DNA of 64,000 nucleotides from Vicinamibacterales bacterium (GCA_963762055.1 CAVXJF010000012.1:47695-111694), one strand, 5' to 3'; positions 34,786-46,631 are shown, numbered from the stretch's first letter. Program-made: numbers and translations. The notes: generated by a model not told the origin, from the sequence alone.

Positions 34786-34868
34786 GGGGGAAGGGGTAAG
34801 GGGCAAGGGGTAAAAGAACGCGCGTGACCGTGTGAAATCTTACCCCTTGCCCCTCACCCCTTGCCCCT
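34786..34868. repeat. Inverted G4-run / C4-run heptamer arrays
   Basis: G runs at 34786, 34793, 34800, 34807; C runs at 34843, 34850, 34857, 34864. Confidence 0.85.
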
Positions 34869-34869
34869 C

Positions 34870-36393
34870 TCAGTTGTAGTACTTCTTCTTCCCGCCCGGC
34901 AGCGGAAATCCTTCGTCGATGTCGCGTTCCGTGGCGCGCGGCGTCTGCCGGCGCTGCGGCTGTTCGGCGGCGTAATACCCGCGATCCTCGCTGCGGCTGA
35001 TCTTCTTCTGCGCGTAGAGCCCTTCGAGCACGAAGTCGACGGCCGAGGCGAGCGCCGGCTCCGACGGTTTGGCGCCGAGCTGCAGCTGTTCGGCGGCTTC
35101 GACGAGCCCCTGAACGCCGCGCGCGTGCGCCAGCAGTTCTTTCGCCGGCGCGGTGTCGGCCGACTGCATCGAGCCGCCGAGATCGAACCACTCGACGACC
35201 CGCCGCAGGTCGACATCATCGAAACGCTCGGCGAACACGTTGGCCACCGAGGCGCGAATCAGCTCCCGCGCGACGTTGTCGGCGCCCTTGAGCTCGCCTT
35301 CGTATTCCATCTCGAACTTGCCGGTAATCGACGGCAGCGCCGCGTAGACGTCGGTCACCCGCGCCACCACCTGCGTCTCGCCGCTGGTCAGCGCGCGGCG
35401 TTCGGCATTCGACAGCACATTTTCCAGGCAGCTAATCGCCAGGCGCTGGCTGACGCCGGAGCGGCGGTCGATCTTGCGATCGGCGCGCGCCTGAAAGGCG
35501 ATTTCCTCGACCACCTCGCGGACGTAGGCCGGCACGTCGATCTTCTTCCCGTCCTTGCCGCGATCGAGCCACGCTTCCTGGGCGGTGATCTCCATCGCGT
35601 GGCTGCGCGTGGAGGGGTAGTGCGTGCGGATTTCGGAGCCGATGCGATCTTTGAGCGGCGTGATGATCTTGCCGCGCGCCGTGTAGTCTTCCGGGTTGGC
35701 GGTAAACACCATCAGCAGGTCGAGCGGCAGGCGGACCGGATAGCCCTTTATCTGGATGTCGCCTTCCTGAAGGATGTTGAAGAGGCCGACCTGAATCTTG
35801 CCGGCCAGGTCGGGCAGCTCGTTGATGCCGAAGATGCTGCGATTCGCCCGCGGGAGCAGCCCGTAGTGGATGGTCAGCTCGTCGGACAGCTGCAGGCCGC
35901 TTCGCGCCGCCTTGATCGGGTCGATGTCGCCGACCATGTCGGCGATGGTGACGTCGGGCGTCGCGAGTTTTTCGACGTAGCGCGCTTCGCGCGGCAGCCA
36001 GGCGATGTTGGTGTCGTCGCCTTCGGCCGCGATCCGCATGCGGCAGGCCGAGCAGATCGGCGCGAGGGGATCGTCGTGAATCTCGCAGCCCGCGACGACG
36101 GGCAGCGATTCGTCGAGCAGCGAGACCAGCGCCCGGAGTATCCGGCTTTTCGCCTGGCCGCGCAGCCCGAGCAGGATGAAGTTGTGCCGCGACAGGATGG
36201 CGTTGACGAGCTGCGGGATGACGGTGTCGTCGTAGCCGATGATGCCGGGAAACAGCGTCTCTCCGCCGCGCAGCTTGGCGATGAGGTTGTCGCGGACTTC
36301 GTTCTTCACCGATCGTCGCGGAAACGCCTCCGGCGACGCCTGGTGTGCGCGACGCAGGCCGCCGAGCGTCTTGACGTTCGAAATGGATGTCAT
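34870..36393 (-). CDS. AAA+ ATPase of the Mg-chelatase/MoxR-like clade
   Basis: Variant Walker [33 protein letters not shown]. Confidence 0.88.
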   Translation of the reverse strand: MTSISNVKTLGGLRRAHQASPEAFPRRSVKNEVRDNLIAKLRGGETLFPGIIGYDDTVIPQLVNAILSRHNFILLGLRGQAKSRILRALVSLLDESLPVVAGCEIHDDPLAPICSACRMRIAAEGDDTNIAWLPREARYVEKLATPDVTIADMVGDIDPIKAARSGLQLSDELTIHYGLLPRANRSIFGINELPDLAGKIQVGLFNILQEGDIQIKGYPVRLPLDLLMVFTANPEDYTARGKIITPLKDRIGSEIRTHYPSTRSHAMEITAQEAWLDRGKDGKKIDVPAYVREVVEEIAFQARADRKIDRRSGVSQRLAISCLENVLSNAERRALTSGETQVVARVTDVYAALPSITGKFEMEYEGELKGADNVARELIRASVANVFAERFDDVDLRRVVEWFDLGGSMQSADTAPAKELLAHARGVQGLVEAAEQLQLGAKPSEPALASAVDFVLEGLYAQKKISRSEDRGYYAAEQPQRRQTPRATERDIDEGFPLPGGKKKYYN

Positions 36394-36454
36394 GGATGAA
36401 CCTTAAAAAGGAAAACCGACCCTGAGCCGATTCTATCCCAGCTAGAATCGCGCG

Positions 36455-37207
36455 GTGCATCCGGCGCTCCGCGGGTCCCGTCCCCTGGTGTTCGCGCATC
36501 GGGGCGGCAGCAAGATAGGCCCTGAAAACACCATTACCGCGTTCGATCGCGGGCTGCTCGTCGGCGCCGACGGCCTCGAGCTCGACGTACACCTCTCGCG
36601 CGACCACGTCGTCGTCGTCCATCACGACGCCTCGCTCGAGCGCACGACCCCCCTGAAAGGACCGTTGAACCATCGCACGGCCGCCGAACTTGCGCGGGAA
36701 GACGTGCCGGCGCTTCGCGAAGTCCTCGCGCGCTACCCGCGCAAGCCGATCATCATCGAATTGAAGGAGCCCGGACCCGCGCTGGCGCGCGCGGTGGTTG
36801 ACGAGGTGCGCCGCGCAGGGGCGGCGGAATGGGTGTGCCTGGGATCGTTCAGCACCTCGGCCCTGCGCACCGCGCGGCGCGCGGCGCCCGAAATCGCGAC
36901 GAGCGGCGCGCGTTTCGAAGTACGGATGGCGTTGTATCGATCGTGGGTCGGCCTCACACCGGGCCGCGTGCCGTACCGCGCGTTTCAAGTTCCGGAAACC
37001 AGCGGATCCACACGCGTCGTCTCACCCCGATTCGTCGAGCTCGCGCACCGGGCGGGCATCGCCGTGCAGGTCTGGACCGTCGACGAGCCGGAGGACATAC
37101 GGCGGCTTCTCGAATGGGGGGTCGACGGAATTATTTCGGACAGGCCTGACGTTGCGGTGCAGGTGGTTCAGGACTGGGTCAGCCGGCGGTCTGGGCTGAT
37201 GGGCTAG
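36455..37207 (+). CDS. Glycerophosphodiester phosphodiesterase
   Basis: FAHRGGS..GPENT, LELDVH, VHHD, IELK, WTVD, GVDGIISDRPD. Confidence 0.93.
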   Translation: MHPALRGSRPLVFAHRGGSKIGPENTITAFDRGLLVGADGLELDVHLSRDHVVVVHHDASLERTTPLKGPLNHRTAAELAREDVPALREVLARYPRKPIIIELKEPGPALARAVVDEVRRAGAAEWVCLGSFSTSALRTARRAAPEIATSGARFEVRMALYRSWVGLTPGRVPYRAFQVPETSGSTRVVSPRFVELAHRAGIAVQVWTVDEPEDIRRLLEWGVDGIISDRPDVAVQVVQDWVSRRSGLMG

Positions 37208-37249
37208 CTTCGGAGGCGATTGGCCTCCTGTCGATATAGTGCATTGAGG

Positions 37250-37291
37250 TTGCGTTCCACCTGTTGACGCTTGCGTTCCACGTGTTGACGC
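37250..37291 (+). promoter_or_regulatory. 21-bp tandem direct repeat upstream of the DUF1592 operon
   Basis: TTGCGTTCCAC(C/G)TGTTGACGC twice with one mismatch; each unit contains TTGACG. Confidence 0.6.
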
Positions 37292-37348
37292 TAATGTTGG
37301 GTGTGCATTAGCATCAATCTGAAATCCGTCAAGAAGCAAGGGGAAGAC

Positions 37349-39833
37349 ATGAGCCATCCGTCGGCGTCGACGTTTCTCGTCGTGTCCGGAGGGATTCTCT
37401 TGGCGTGCGCCAGCTTCCAGCTCGAGGCAGCCCCTTCTCAGGAACGCGTTGCGCGGGCTCAGTCAACGCCGGCGCCGACGTCAGTCGTTCTCGATAAATA
37501 CTGCGTTACGTGCCACAACTCGCGCATGAAGACCGCTGGTTTAACGCTTGAATCAGTCGACATGACGCGCGTCGGTGAGCACGCCGAAGTCTGGGAGAAA
37601 GTCGCCACCAAGTTGCGCACCCGGGAGATGCCGCCTCTTGGGCGGCCACGTCCGGATGACGCCACTTATACGGCGACCACCAACGCAATCGAGGCTGCGC
37701 TGGATACTGCCGCCGCTACAGAGCCAACCCCTGGCCGTGTCGCCGTCCATCGTTTGAATCGCGCGGAGTACACCAACGCCGTGCGCGATCTGCTGGGACT
37801 TGAAATCGACGGGCGGGGGTTGCTATCGGCGGAGGACGAAGCCCAGGAAGGCTTCGAAAACATCGCCAGCGTCTTGTCGGCGTCGCCCGGCCCTGATCGA
37901 AAACTACCTGGCGGCTGCCGGACAGTCAGCCGCCTTGCGATCGGCGATGAGACGCTGAGCCCGGTGGTCAAGACGTTCAATATTTCCAAACTGCTCGTCC
38001 AGGACGAGCAGATGAGTGACGACCTCCCCTTCGGTTCGCGAGGGGGAGCGGTCATCCGATATTCCTTTCCGCTCGATGGCGAATACACGATCAAGGTGCT
38101 GTTAAGGCGCCAGCTGTACGCCTACATCATGGGCATGGGCGAGCCGCACCAACTCGACATTCGGCTCGACGGCGTGCGCATCCAGCGATTCACCGTTGGC
38201 GGCGAAGCCAAGGGCATGACGATGCCTTTGACGTTTGCGGGCAATACGCAGGGCGATCCGGAATTCGAGGAGTACATGCACAAAGCCGACGCCGGCCTGG
38301 AAGTGCGCGTGCCGGTGAAGGCCGGGATTCACGAGGTAGGTGTGTCATTTGTGCGCCGGTTCTGGGAGCCCGAAGGCTTCGTACAGCCGACGCCAACAGG
38401 TTTCTTCAAGGTCACCAACGAGGACTATCACGGCAATCCTGCGGTCGAGTTCGTCATGATCGGCGGCCCGTATGGCAGGCCGGCTCCGGGCGATTCGGCT
38501 AAGCCGACGAAAGATATTCGTCTGCTTTCCAAGGACGCCGCAGCCGAAGAGCCGTGCGCACGAAAGATTCTCTCAAGGCTGGCCGCAAAAGCGTATCGGC
38601 GGCCGCTCACGGCGGACGACCTGCAGACAGTGATGGACTTCTACAAGGCGGGACGCGCCGAGGAGAACTTCGAGGGCGGAGTCCGACGCGGCCTCGAATG
38701 GATTTCGACCGCCCCAAGCTTTCTTTTCCGAATTGAACGGGCACCCGAAAACCTCACCGCCCGGTCGAGTTATCGCCTCAGCGATCTCGAACTGGCTTCA
38801 CGGCTGTCGTTCTTTCTCTGGAGCAGCATCCCCGACGACGAACTGGCCGGGTTGGCCGAAAAGGCAGCCTGAAGGAATACGGCCGTGCTTGACGAGCAGA
38901 TAGGACGAATGTTGCGCGATTCGCGATCCAGAGCGCTCATCGACAATTTCGCCAGCCGCTGGCTCGAGCTCAGCAAGCTTTCCGGTGTTGTCCTCGACAC
39001 CGACCTGTTCTCCGAGTTTGACGAGAACCTTCGCGAAGCGATGGCGCAGGAGACGAAGCTGTTTGTCGCCGATCAACTGAGTCGCGACCGCAGCGTGCTC
39101 GGAGCTTCTGACCGCCGACTACACGTTCTTGAACGAGCGGCTGGCGAGGCATTACGGCATTCCCCGGATCTATGGCAACCACTTTCGCCGCGTCACGCTG
39201 TCCGACGGCCGACGCGGCGGGCTGCTTGGGCACGCCAGCATCTTAACGGTTACTTCTTATCCGAACCGCACATCGGTCGTGACGCGTGGCAAATGGGTGC
39301 TGGCCAACCTGCTTGGTGCGCCTCCGCCCCCGCCGCCGCCAGATGTACCGGCGTTGAGGGAGCCTGGGTTGGAGGGCCAGCCTCGATCGCTGCGCGATCG
39401 AATGGAGATCCACCGCAAGAACCCCGTCTGCGCGACTTGCCACGTGCGGATGGATCCGATCGGCTTCGCGCTGGAGAATTTCGATGCCGATGGAACATGG
39501 CGGACCGTCATCAGACGGTGCGCCAATCGACGCATCGGCGTCACTGCCCGACGGCACGCGTTTCGAAGGTGTCGCAGGGCTGCGATCGCTGCTCGTGACC
39601 CACAAGGAGGAGTTTGCCCGCACCTTGACGGCGAAGCTGCTTGCCTACGCGATCGGGCGAGGCGTCGAATATTACGATTTGCCGGCCATCAGGCAAAATC
39701 GTGCGGGACGCGAAGGCGGAGGATTCCGTTGGTCGTCGATCGTCGAGGGTATCGTCAGGAGTCCGGCTTTCAGTATGGCGCACGGTTCCGGTCGGCAGCG
39801 GACTGCCTGCGAGCTGAAAAAGTGGAACGGTAG
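37349..39833 (+). CDS. DUF1592-type c-type cytochrome protein (DUF1587/1595/1592/1588/1585 architecture; several frameshifts)
   Basis: Signal peptide, YCVTCH, HRLNRAEYTNAVRDLL, LASRLSFFLWSSIPD, TSVVTRGKWV, CATCHVRMDPIGFALENFD; exact end uncertain. Confidence 0.88.
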
Positions 39834-39844
39834 GGAGCGCTCAC

Positions 39845-41189
39845 ATGTTCATTACGAAGAAAGCGATCTCACGCAGAACCATCTTGCGGGGAATGGGTGC
39901 CGCGGTTGCGCTCCCACTGCTCGACAGCATGCTTCCCGCGCTGTCCGCGATGGCGCGAACCGCGGCCAAGCCAATCAACCGTTTCGGCCTCATGTATGTG
40001 CCAAACGGCATGATCATGAAGAACTATCTTCCGGTCGTCGAAGGCGCAGGTTTCGAGATCGGCCGACGCTGAGCGCGATTGCGCCGTATCGCGAACAGAT
40101 GCTGGTGTTGAGCGGGTTAAACAGCACGCCGACCCCCGGACGTCCCGGGGGCGCGCACGCGAAAGCCAGCACGCGCTTCCTGACCGATGTGTCTCCACCG
40201 ACGAGCGAGACATGGCTTGATGCCGGCATTTCGATGGATCAGATTCTCGCGCAGGAAATGGGTAAGCACACCCAGCTTGCGTCGCTCGAACTGGCCATCG
40301 AATCCGGCGAGACCGCTGGCGCGTGCGACACCGGCTTCGCATGTGCGTACACGAACACCCTTTCCTGGAAGAGCGCGAACACCCCGCTGCCGACCCAGAA
40401 CGACCCGCGAGTGGTATTCGAGCGCCTGTTTGGCGACAGCGTCAGCACGGATCCGAAGGTCCGGTCCGCGCGGCTGCGCCAGCAGCGAAGCGTCCTTGAT
40501 GCGGTAGGGCAGGAAATCGCGCGCATGCAGGGTACGCTGCCGCAGTCAGATCGCACCAAGCTCGCGGAATATCTTGAGGCGATTCGCGATGTCGAGCGGC
40601 GTATTCAAATCGCGGAAGCTCAAAGCGACCAGGCGTTACCGCTTGTCGAACACCCATCCGGTATTCCCGCCGAGCTGGGAAGATCACCTCCACGTGATGT
40701 TCGACCTGATGGTGCTCGCGTATCAGTGTGATCTGACACGCGTCATTACCTTGATGACTGGACGAGAGCAGAGCGGCATGACCTATCCGCAGATAGGCGT
40801 TCCCGACGCGCATCACCCTATCTCGCACCACCAGCAGGAGCCGGAAAAAGTCGCGAAAGTCGCCAAGATCAACGCGTATCACGTCGCGCATGTTCAGCAG
40901 GCTGCTGGCAAAGATGAAGGCCACGCCCGATGGCGACGGCACGCTGCTCGATCACATGACGATGATGTATGGCGCCGGAATTGCCGACAGCAATGCGCAC
41001 GCGACGAGCGATATTCCGGTCGTGCTCGTTGGTGGAGGGGCCGGCAACCTCAAGGGCGGACGGCATATCAGATTCAAAGATCTGCCGTTGGCGAACCTTC
41101 ATCTCACTCTACTCGATCAGTTCGGCGTGCACCGGGATCGTATCGGCGATAGCACGGGGATGATCGATGCGAACCTGCTCTCACTTTAG
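39845..41189 (+). CDS. DUF1552 domain protein with Tat signal (3 frameshifts)
   Basis: ISRRTILRG..AVALPLLDSM, SLELAIE, CAYTNTLSW, PRVVFERLFG, HHPISHH, DGDGTLLDH, ANLHLTLL. Confidence 0.88.
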
Positions 41190-42687
41190 GCATTTTGCTG
41201 CCGTCTTGTGCATCGGGGCGGCCGGATCCGGCGTCGTGGGCGCGGCGCCGGACCTGCGCCTGATTCAGGCGGTCAGAAATAAGGATCCACAGGCGGTGCG
41301 CACCCTGCTGAGTCAGCGCATCGACGTCAACGCGCCGCAGGGCGACGGCGCCACCGCCTTGCATTGGGCCGCACGTGTCGACGATCTCGCCATCGCAGAC
41401 ATCTTGCTCCGCGCTGGAGCCCGCGCCGCCGTGGCCAACGATAACGGCGCGACGCCGCTTCACCTGGCGTGCCTCAACCGAAGCGCCGCGATGGTGGATC
41501 GGCTCCTGCGTGCTGGCGCCGACACGAACGCCGCCATGGTCAATGGCGAGACGGTGCTCATGACGTGCTCGCGGAGTGGCACTGCCGAAGCGGTAAAGGC
41601 TCTGCTGGTGAAGGGCGCCCGCGTGAATGCGAAGGAGACCGCGCACGACCAGACCGCTCTGATGTGGGCCGCCGCGCAGCGCCATTCAGACGTCGTTCGG
41701 CTGCTGACGGAAGCCGGTGCCGACCTTCGCGCGCGCTCGAAGATCTATCCGCAAATCGTGGCCCCGTACGACACACAGCGAGCCGGACGCGAAGAGCTGA
41801 ACTACATGGTGCTCGCCGGCGGCTTGACTCCGCTCTTTTTTGCAGCGCGGTCCGGCGACGTGGAGTCTGCACGGCTGTTGATTGCTGCCGGCGCGGATCC
41901 AAACGATCGTCTGCCCGATGGCACGAGCCCCCTTCTGATGGCTGCCTACAGCGGCCGTGCGGAAGTCGGCACGCTTCTCCTCGAAAAAGGCGCGGATCCC
42001 GATGATATGGGTGCGGGGTATACCCCGCTTCATGCGGCGATTCTGAAAAGCGAGTTGAGTCTCGTAAAGGCACTGCTGGCTCACGGTGCCAACCAAAATA
42101 TCCGGATCACCAAGAGCACACCGAAGCGCCGAGACAGCGAAGACTTCGTTTTGCAGCCGATCGTCGTTGGCGCGACGCCATACTTGCTCGCCGCGAAATT
42201 TCTCGAGCCGGAAATCCTCCGTGCGCTGAAAGCCGGAGGGGCGGATGTGAGCCTCTCCATGCCAAATGGTGCGACGCCACTGATGTTGGCCGCCGGCATG
42301 GACTCGGTTACCACTGCGAACCGTCGCGGTGTCCGGATCGTCGACTTCGGTAAAGTCGAGCCCGAAGGCCAGGCGTTGGAGACCGTCGCAGTGGCGTTGA
42401 GCCTTGGTGCCGACGTCAATGCGGCGACTCCAGCCGGGGACACTGCGCTGCACAGCGCCGCGGCGATGCGTTATGACACGGTCATTCAATTCTTGGCGGA
42501 GCACGGTGCGCAGGTGAACGCGAAAAACAAACGGGGGCTCACACCGCTCGGTGCGTTGCTCAGCAGTGGCAGAGGAGGAAGGGGACGCGGAGCGGCGGCG
42601 GCTGATGCGAACGGTGATGACAGTGCCGGCCCTTCGCCGTCGGCGAGCACGGCAGCCTTGCTGCGCAAACTGGGTGCAATTCCCTAG
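41167..42687 (+). CDS. Exported ankyrin-repeat protein
   Basis: Repeated GATALHWAA / GATPLHLAC / GETVLM / QTALMWAA / TPLHAA / DTALHSAA; signal peptide. Confidence 0.93.
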   Translation: MRTCSHFRHFAAVLCIGAAGSGVVGAAPDLRLIQAVRNKDPQAVRTLLSQRIDVNAPQGDGATALHWAARVDDLAIADILLRAGARAAVANDNGATPLHLACLNRSAAMVDRLLRAGADTNAAMVNGETVLMTCSRSGTAEAVKALLVKGARVNAKETAHDQTALMWAAAQRHSDVVRLLTEAGADLRARSKIYPQIVAPYDTQRAGREELNYMVLAGGLTPLFFAARSGDVESARLLIAAGADPNDRLPDGTSPLLMAAYSGRAEVGTLLLEKGADPDDMGAGYTPLHAAILKSELSLVKALLAHGANQNIRITKSTPKRRDSEDFVLQPIVVGATPYLLAAKFLEPEILRALKAGGADVSLSMPNGATPLMLAAGMDSVTTANRRGVRIVDFGKVEPEGQALETVAVALSLGADVNAATPAGDTALHSAAAMRYDTVIQFLAEHGAQVNAKNKRGLTPLGALLSSGRGGRGRGAAAADANGDDSAGPSPSASTAALLRKLGAIP

Positions 42688-42723
42688 CTAACCCGAACAA
42701 CATCGTAGCCTCAAAGGGGGAAT

Positions 42724-45666
42724 GTGATGAACAGGCACAAGTCGTCCGGCGTGCGCGGGCAAGCGGCGTTCCCCTTGGCGGTTACTGTTGCGTTCATCGT
42801 CGTGTGCATTGTCTTTGGGCCGCAACCCGCGGAGGGGCAGACCATCAGCATCATCCACGGTGCGGTAAGTGACGAAAGCGGCGCAGCCCTTCCCGGTGTA
42901 ACCGTGACGCTCACGAGCCAGGCGCTGCAAGTCGGTAAAGTGACCAGAGTGACGGAACCAGATGGCACATATCGCTTCGGCGATCTGCCGGTCGGTACCT
43001 ACAAGATTGCGTTCGAGCTACCGGGCTTCAAGACGTTCATCCGTGATGAGGTGCGCCTCCTCGTAGGTTTCGTTTCACGAATCGACGCGACGCTCGCTAT
43101 CGGTGGCGTCGAGGAGACAGTGACCGTCAGCGGTCAGAGCCCTGTGGTCGACCAGACAACGACCACAACCAGCGTGAACATCACGCGCGACACGCTGGAA
43201 ACGGTGCCGGCTGGGCGAGGCTATCAGCACCTGTTCGCGATGTTGCCAGGCGTCACGACTGCGGGCTCTCCGGACATCGGGGATAGCGCGTTGGCGAGCC
43301 GCAGCGCGATTCAGAGTTACGGTGCGGCGGCCACGTCCAAGATAGAAATCGAAGGGATCAATATCAGTGTCGGCGAGAGCTCGCCTGTGTACTTTACGAG
43401 TTTCTCGTTCGAAGAAATCCAGGTGAAGACGTCGGGGAATGACGCCGAGGTATCGACGCCGGGAATCTCAATGGTCTCGGTGCTCAAATCGGGTTCGAAC
43501 CAGTTTCATGGTTCCTACCGCGTTGCCTACGAAGGCAGCGCGTTCGAAAGCGACAACTTGACGCCTGAATTGCAGGCCCAGGGTCTCTCAGCAACTGCGC
43601 CGTTGAAGTACTACTACGAAGTTGGCGCCGATTTTAGCGGGCGGATCATCAGGGACAAACTATGGTTCTACGTTGCGACGAACCGACAGCGGCGGACGAG
43701 CAGCCTGTTGGGCTTTGCCAGCGGGCCGGGACCCGATGGGAAGTATCTCACCGGTGACGAGCCGCTGGCCGACTATGAAAACAAACTGACAGACCACGCC
43801 GTCAAGATCTCCTACCAGGCCACTCAAAAGCACCGGCTGATCGGCGTCTGGCAGCCCATGCTGAAGCATCAACCTCAGAGGAACGGAAATCGTTTCCGGC
43901 CACTCGAATCCACACTCGACTACACCAATCCCGGCGGGGTCTACAAGGGCGAGCTGCAGAGTACGATCACCAACCGTATGGTGGCCACGCTGTTGGCGGG
44001 CTATGGCGGTAACGAGGAAAACTACTGGGTCGGGCGGTCGAAGTACGTGGATGCGGTCCCGGGTAATCCAAGCAAATTGCACCGCGATACGACTCTGCAG
44101 ACGGGTACCGCCACTGGCAACAACTTGAACACGCGGGACCGCTGGCAGATGGACGGCAGCCTCAGCTTTTTCCCCGATAACTTTCTTGGGGGGAAGCACG
44201 AGTTCAAGACAGGTACGACGCTGTACTGGCAGCGGGCCGGGAACGGGACGCTGACGAACCCGGCCGGAAACTACGTGCTCGTGTACGATCGCGAACTGCC
44301 GGTAGAAATCCGAATCTTGAACGCTCCGACACAGCCCGTGAACGCGCAGGACACTTACGCGGCCTACTTCAAAGACACATGGCGGATTACCAATAGTCTG
44401 ACGGCTAACCTCGGCGTTCGCCTCGAATACCAGCATGCCTATGTGCCTGAACAAGCGAAAGAGGCGAGCACCTTGTTCCCAACCCTCTTCCCGGGCGGGC
44501 AGTTTCCTTACCTGGACGTGGAAACATGGTTCAGCGCCGTGCCGCGCATCGGCTTGGCCTGGAGTCTCGGCGCTAAGACGGTTGTGAAGGGCAGCTTCGG
44601 TCGGTACAACGCAGGACTGATTGGGGAGGGAGGATTTGCCCAGCCGTTCAACACGAATGGAGCGGTGACGGCCACCTACCGGTGGAACGATCTTGATGGC
44701 AACGGCGACTACACTCGCGGCGAGGTGAATCTCGATCTCAATGGGCCGGACTTCCTCAGTATTACCGGTTCAACCAACAACCGGCTCAACCCGGATCTGC
44801 GGCAGCCGATGACCAACGAGGTGACTGCCGGCTTCGAGCGCGAGGTAGCGAGCAACCTCGCATTCCGCGCGCTGTACGTATACAAAGACTTCACAGACAG
44901 TCTCGTCTCGGTCAACGTGGCACGGCCGAGGAGCGCATATAACATTCCACTGACGCGGCGCGATCCAGGTCCGGATGGCCTGTTGGACACCCCCGACGAC
45001 GCGGGGAAGGTGACTATCTGGGATTACGATGCTGCCTATCGCGGTGCGGCGTTCGTGACCAACGAACTGCAAAATAGCCCGCGAACCGACAAATATCAGT
45101 CGGTCGAGATGACCCTCACGAAACGAACTGCGGGACGGTGGTTCGGAATGGGCTCCTTCTGGGCGACCAAACATCATCGCTGGGTCCAGCAGTATCCCGA
45201 CAATCCCAACGAGGATTACTTCCCGCTCGCCGAGCAATGGACGTGGGGCTCGAACCTGAATGGTAATTATCGTTTTCCATGGGATATCAATGTCGGTGCG
45301 TATCTGCAGAGCAAGATAGGCGTGCAGGGCGCACGGACCAACATCTTCAGAGCCGTCGATCCTGACGGAGGTACTCCGCTGCGTCAGCTCAGCACCGTGA
45401 CGCTGCGGCTCGAGCCATTCGCCGCGCGGCAGGGGCCGGCGATCACGATTTTGAACATGCGTGTGAGTAAAGCGTTTGTACTCAGAGGTACCAGGCTCGA
45501 AGTTGATGTGGAGGGATTCAACCTGCTGAACTCGAGCGCGCCTACGCAGGTCGTCTTCGCCTCCGGATCCACTTTCGGGTGGTTCGGCACTACGGGCGGT
45601 AGTGTCGCTGACACAGGCGTCCTCACGGCGCGTGTTATGCGAATGGGTCTTCGATATCGCTTCTAA
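42724..45666 (+). CDS. TonB-dependent receptor, Oar-like
   Basis: IHGAVSDESGAALPGVTVTL, VLKSGSNQFHG, LTANLGVRLE, C-terminal GLRYRF. Confidence 0.92.
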   Translation: MMNRHKSSGVRGQAAFPLAVTVAFIVVCIVFGPQPAEGQTISIIHGAVSDESGAALPGVTVTLTSQALQVGKVTRVTEPDGTYRFGDLPVGTYKIAFELPGFKTFIRDEVRLLVGFVSRIDATLAIGGVEETVTVSGQSPVVDQTTTTTSVNITRDTLETVPAGRGYQHLFAMLPGVTTAGSPDIGDSALASRSAIQSYGAAATSKIEIEGINISVGESSPVYFTSFSFEEIQVKTSGNDAEVSTPGISMVSVLKSGSNQFHGSYRVAYEGSAFESDNLTPELQAQGLSATAPLKYYYEVGADFSGRIIRDKLWFYVATNRQRRTSSLLGFASGPGPDGKYLTGDEPLADYENKLTDHAVKISYQATQKHRLIGVWQPMLKHQPQRNGNRFRPLESTLDYTNPGGVYKGELQSTITNRMVATLLAGYGGNEENYWVGRSKYVDAVPGNPSKLHRDTTLQTGTATGNNLNTRDRWQMDGSLSFFPDNFLGGKHEFKTGTTLYWQRAGNGTLTNPAGNYVLVYDRELPVEIRILNAPTQPVNAQDTYAAYFKDTWRITNSLTANLGVRLEYQHAYVPEQAKEASTLFPTLFPGGQFPYLDVETWFSAVPRIGLAWSLGAKTVVKGSFGRYNAGLIGEGGFAQPFNTNGAVTATYRWNDLDGNGDYTRGEVNLDLNGPDFLSITGSTNNRLNPDLRQPMTNEVTAGFEREVASNLAFRALYVYKDFTDSLVSVNVARPRSAYNIPLTRRDPGPDGLLDTPDDAGKVTIWDYDAAYRGAAFVTNELQNSPRTDKYQSVEMTLTKRTAGRWFGMGSFWATKHHRWVQQYPDNPNEDYFPLAEQWTWGSNLNGNYRFPWDINVGAYLQSKIGVQGARTNIFRAVDPDGGTPLRQLSTVTLRLEPFAARQGPAITILNMRVSKAFVLRGTRLEVDVEGFNLLNSSAPTQVVFASGSTFGWFGTTGGSVADTGVLTARVMRMGLRYRF

Positions 45667-45700
45667 ACGTCACATGACGGATGGATTGCACTAAACGATC

Positions 45701-46575
45701 ATGAAGCGGATCGCAGTCCTGACGCTCATCGTCGTGTGTCTGGGCGTCAGCGGGTCGCACACTCAACAGGCGCCGCAGGTGTTCACTGGCAGAATTTCTG
45801 ACAGCATCTGCGGCGCGTCGCATCAGCCTAAAGCCGGCACTTCAGGCGACCGTCAGTGCATGTTCGAGTGCTTCAAGGGGTTGGCAAAATGGGTGCTTGT
45901 CGACCGGAACGACAAGGTCTTGATGATTGCCAACCAGGATCTTCCCGGGTTGCCGCTATACGCCGGCCGACCGGTCCAGCTGACAGGGCAGTTCGAGGGC
46001 GGCGCCATCGTCGCATCGAGAATCGAGCGTATCCGCCGCACCTTCATGTCGGCCACGTGATGACGAACTGGCGCGACACTCCCGGCGGCGTCGGATTTCT
46101 GATTGCCGCGATATCCGATGCGAGAGTGGCGATGGTTCACGCGAAACTCGTCGGTGAAAATTCCGAAAACCTCGACGACGTGAAATTGCACGCCGGCCAT
46201 GTCCTGCACGCGCTCGATCCCGCTTCGGAAGCAAGCAGCTCGCCCAAGGCTCCGGCTTCCGGATATGGTGTCAAGAAAGCCACGGCTGGCGCGCAACAGC
46301 ATCTGGACTTCGCGGTTAAGGTCGAAGGCGCGTCAGACAACGTGAAGGCTCATGGAACGCATGTCGCCGGCTTGCTGAGCAATGTCCTCCACTGGACTGA
46401 AGAAGCGATCACCGTTGGCCAAAAGATTCGCGCGGGCACATCCGTCGTAGAGGTGGCGCCGTTCGTGAATGAGCTCAATGTGCAGGTGGCGAAGATCGTC
46501 GATGGCCTGGAACAGGCACACGCTCGCATGACAGTGCTGATGAAAGGCGAGGGGATCGACAACGCTCCGCGCTAA
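45701..46575 (+). CDS. Exported two-domain protein, Cys-motif beta domain plus His-rich helical domain (one frameshift near 46027)
   Basis: FTGRISDSICGASH..C...C, then after adding one base IE-AYPPHLHVGHVMT...HAGHVLHA...QHL...HGTH. Confidence 0.7.
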
Positions 46576-46631
46576 GGCTACCCTGTCGCGCTTAGAAAAC
46601 AACCAGCCACGAATCGAGAAAGGATTCCTCG

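Noticed and set aside
37250-37291. CRISPR-like repeat
   Set aside because: Two adjacent units with no spacers and no cas genes; the REP doublets and heptamer arrays are also not CRISPR
39484-40731. 415-aa ORF fusing the DUF1592 C-terminus to the DUF1552 middle
   Set aside because: Produced by frameshifts; DUF1552 has its own start and Tat signal at 39845
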